Below, piece after piece: positions 7,760-10,999 of a stretch of DNA of 10,999 bases. Source of the stretch: Azolla caroliniana (Eukaryota; Plantae; Polypodiophyta); contig JBHGNT010001202.1 of NCBI GenBank assembly GCA_043228905.1, positions 1 to 10,999 of the forward strand, in the 5' to 3' direction. Position 1 is the first letter of the stretch, and each line of letters opens with the position of its first letter. Under the pieces are notes generated by a model. It searched no databases. It had not been told where the DNA came from and saw only the letters and a list, made by a program, of their open reading frames with translations. Made by a program: the position numbers and the translations under genes.

Positions 7760-8268
7760 TTCGAAATTTCGAAGCATTCGGACAGGGAAGTTCATTTAAT
7801 TTAAATTCATTTTGAATTAATTCATTCATTTTTTAGGCAAATTAAATTTAATCAAAATCAATAAAGTTTTGGCTCCACTCTTGAAATTTTGAATTTGAAT
7901 CCTAAGACGTGATTAGGGGAGGGCTTTAAACGTGATTAAGGAATTTGGGACTCTTGAACTTGATTAAGGAATGTGATTAAGGACCTCTCGGGGTATTGGA
8001 CGTGATGAAGGAATGTGATTAAGGACCTCTAGAGGTCTTGGACGTGATGAAGGAATGTGATTAAGGACCTCTACTAGTCTTGGACGTGATTAAGTAGTGT
8101 GATTAAGGAGCTTCGAGAGTCTTGAACGTGATTAAGGAGCTCCGAGGATCTTGAATGCGATTAAGGAACTTCGCGAGGCTTTGAGCATGATTAACGAATG
8201 TGATTAAGGAGCTTTGTGAGTCTCGACCGCACGTAAGGGATTGTCGATCGATCGATAGGGTACAAACA
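7760..8268 (-). mobile_element. Possible truncated TE terminus (LTR-like fragment) carrying the array
   Basis: The minus strand opens with TGTTTGTACCC at 8268 (an LTR-like TG start), followed by tandem repeats and an AT-rich block. No partner terminus or target-site duplication was found. The left boundary is approximate. Confidence 0.3.
7909..8228. repeat. Minisatellite-like array of 14 GTGATTAAGGA-type cores with a 13+29-bp higher-order structure
   Basis: Cores start at 7909, 7932, 7960, 7973, 8002, 8015, 8044, 8057, 8086, 8099, 8128, 8157, 8187 and 8200. Seven are exact. A 42-bp period runs from 7960 to 8128. Confidence 0.95.
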
Positions 8269-8288
8269 TCGTGTTCAAATCCGTTCCT

Positions 8289-8290
8289 TT

Positions 8291-8320
<30 letters not shown>
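8289..8320. repeat. (TTTC)8 microsatellite
   Basis: Read directly from the sequence. Confidence 0.97.
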
Positions 8321-8322
<2 letters not shown>

Positions 8323-9890
8323 TAAATCAGCACTCTTGGTCAAAAAAATATTAGACATCATTTAATGGCAATTGTTAAATACACACACAAGTCTTCATTG
8401 ATAATAGCTTGTTCATGTGGTCTTTCCCTATCTACATATTTAGTTAGGTCTTTGACACCACAATTCATGGGATAGGCTAAGCATGTAAACTCAAGAGCAA
8501 TTCATAGGCTAGGCCTATACACATGACCCTAGCATTACAATGGTTGTCTATAGCATATAACTTGGGGCTACTCACAAGGCTAAGCGTCGCCATAAGAAAA
8601 AAAAGAACGCGGCAATTGTGAAGAGAGAACTTATGTCTATACAAGCCAAGCCTGCTTACTACGTACTACTTGTAAGCGCCCACCATTAGATCCTCATTTC
8701 CATCCTATATTGGCACAAGTAGAGTTCAAAGCCTGGAGATTGCCCAAATTTAGGTCACATCCACATTTCTTAGGTTTGTTATTTGTATAGGGACCTTTGC
8801 ACCCCTTGAAAAGCTTTTCGTATATATATCTTCCATGATTTTTGATGAGTAGATTTTTCAACATGTGGACAAACTATAGGGCCCATCCAACATCCTCATT
8901 TGAATTGGCCAAACTCATGCACTCTCTTCGATACACTCCTCACCCCTCCCAAGCTCATATTTCTCTATAATTCATTACATTTTGGATGTAACACGATAGA
9001 TATTATTTGCAATTTTCTGAACATTTATTCATGTGTAATTCATGCCCTTTGCTAACTTTTAGATACAATGTTTCTTTACATCAAAACATTGTGGAGAGCG
9101 TTAAGTCAATGATGTTGTTTGATGTTGGGAATCGTTATAATTAAGGGGGCGTTGGAGCAATTTTCCTCTACTTTAAAGTGTAGTAAGAACGTTGATGCAA
9201 ATCATCAAAACAATTATATTAGTGGATGATGAGCTGAACCTTAGTTCATGGGGTTTGTATTGAAGGGGCCTTCTAGTTTATTGGGAGGTCTAATTATTAA
9301 TAATACTAATAACAATGGCTCACATTTGGAGTTTTGTGGCATTGTGTGCACCTTCTTGTTCCAATTTCATATTTTGCCCTCTAACTATTTAATAGTTTTG
9401 AGAGAGATATCATAGATATATATTGTCATACGTATGCAAAATGGAATATAAAAACTAATGAATGTCAGTGGCGTAAACAATGTGTGGAATATATTAGAGC
9501 ACATGCATGGATGGTCGTTGTGGCATCATGGCATTGTGGAGGAATTGGTTAGTTTGGCATAGGTGTTCTTTAATGGTTTTTTTTGTGAAGAGCTTCTTCT
9601 CGATCGAGAAGCTTAGGGCATGCATTTCATCTAGAATGTCGGATTCGAGACATTCTAAGACAAGTCTCTTTCTCGAACTCATCATTTCATCTTATATTTT
9701 ATTATTGATTGTTCCTTAATATTTGTCGAGCTTTATACCAAGCTAAGCTAATGAGATTCATAATTATTTTTAATCATTTAATCAACATACATTCTCAATA
9801 GAAAACCCTCACTTGTAAGGTCTCTTGATCTTGCTTTGAAGATCTCACACTCCCATCCTCTTCACATCATATTCTTGCTTTGTACAAAAT

Positions 9891-9916
9891 GTTCTAATAT
9901 ATATATATATTAGAAC
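9891..9916. repeat. Perfect 26-bp palindrome with an (AT)n core
   Basis: GTTCTAATATATATATATATTAGAAC equals its own reverse complement. Confidence 0.95.
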
Positions 9917-10999
9917 TTCAACCCCTTTCAAAGTTACGCATCATTAGAAGAAAAATATTTTCCTTATGCAAAAAACCAACGTGTTCAACTCGTTCTTTCA
10001 ATTGAAATGCAAATGTTGCACTTTGATAAAGTGAACCACGAGAGACTACATAATGTGCTAAAATAGGGCCTATGTGTATACAATGACATAAAGAGTCTGA
10101 TAGCTTCCATTGTAGTTAATAGAAAATACTTTCCAAGCCTAAACAATTGTTTCAAAAATTTGCATGTGGATCTATGCTGCATAGAAATAGCGGGTAAATA
10201 TCTCATCCATTATACAACACACAAAATAACAAAAATCGAGGTCCTTGACAAACATTTGACTACACAATCATTTGTTGGATTTAATATATGAATCCAAACA
10301 AAAAAAATGGTTTAGAGTTTTACATGGCAAGTACGTGAATGTCAATGGACCATTCACGAGTTAAGTTATGTAGAAAACAGGATCCAACGCGTGACTCCAT
10401 AACCCATGAGCTATGACAGGAATTAATATTGTATTTATGAGACTATGTGACGAATATGACTTGAATGGTTTTTCAATTTAGTCAATCCATTCTTTTATGG
10501 ATCGTCTATAAGGCATTATTTGTGAGCATCACCTTTTCCAGGGAAATATTATCGTTTTTACCAATTACATTGTGCAGAGTTGTTGATATATATTATTGTT
10601 GCAAAACCAGTTTTGGGTGGCACATCATTAGTCTTTCTCATCTGTTCTTCATCGAACACAATATGAAACCCAAAGCTCAAGCCTTGAACCCAACCCCCTA
10701 TGTTGCAAGTTTACATACTTTAAGTCTTAGAATCATAATAATTTAACCATGTGCGTCTAATGAAAATGTGTGAAGCTATTAAAGCAAACACTCTAATTGA
10801 GGTTTAAACGTCATAAACAAAGTTACTAATGCTCGATTGTATTATGAAAATAAGTCAGAAGACTTCAAGTATATTGAATGCTAGACATTTTTTCATGAAG
10901 CTTTGATTCAAATACAAACAATATTACAATATCCACATATGAACTTACTATTATGGAAACCCTTCCTTGTGGAGATGAATGTGTTTTTTTTTTGTAGAG

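Noticed and set aside
7909-8228. CRISPR array
   Set aside because: The cores are only 11 bp, the linkers are 2-19 bp and homologous to each other, there are no cas genes, and the context is eukaryotic.
8690-8960. Possible LINE-like coding relic on the minus strand
   Set aside because: Manual translation gave no recognisable RT, endonuclease or RNase H motif.
9596-9634. Helitron 3' end (hairpin plus CTAG)
   Set aside because: CTAG at 9631-9634 is 19 nt from the palindrome and is not followed by T on either strand.
10666-10701. Interstitial telomeric repeat
   Set aside because: Only loosely AAACCC-like, with no exact tandem AAACCCT units.
9494-10746. Short ORFs (63-93 aa) in the right flank, and similar ones at 763-2428, 3034-3391 and 4476-4748
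   Set aside because: Their length and composition match chance ORFs in AT-rich DNA, with no motifs or consistent exon structure.

Overview
AT-rich eukaryotic genomic DNA, most likely from a land plant (GT-AG introns, telo-box, microsatellites). No prokaryotic features, tRNA or rRNA are visible. One protein-coding gene lies on the minus strand. The two large ORFs join through a phase-0 GT-AG intron (exon 6991-5387, intron 5386-4446, exon 4445-3567) into an ~827-aa Ser/Arg/Lys-rich, probably disordered protein. It has an N-terminal MGSCFSK lipidation motif and C-terminal LTRSRS and SKACSILxAVADLN blocks that I recall from the uncharacterised plant At1g65710/At5g37010-like family. It also carries a D-box, a KEN box and several full CDK-consensus sites. 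The leader is long, probably spliced, rich in microsatellites and has three uORFs. Just upstream is a ~310-bp array of 14 GTGATTAAGGA-type cores with a 13+29 (42-bp) higher-order period, possibly TE-derived. The flanks are intergenic, with palindromes, small duplications and one possible decayed ORF. All family assignments are from memory, not from a database search.
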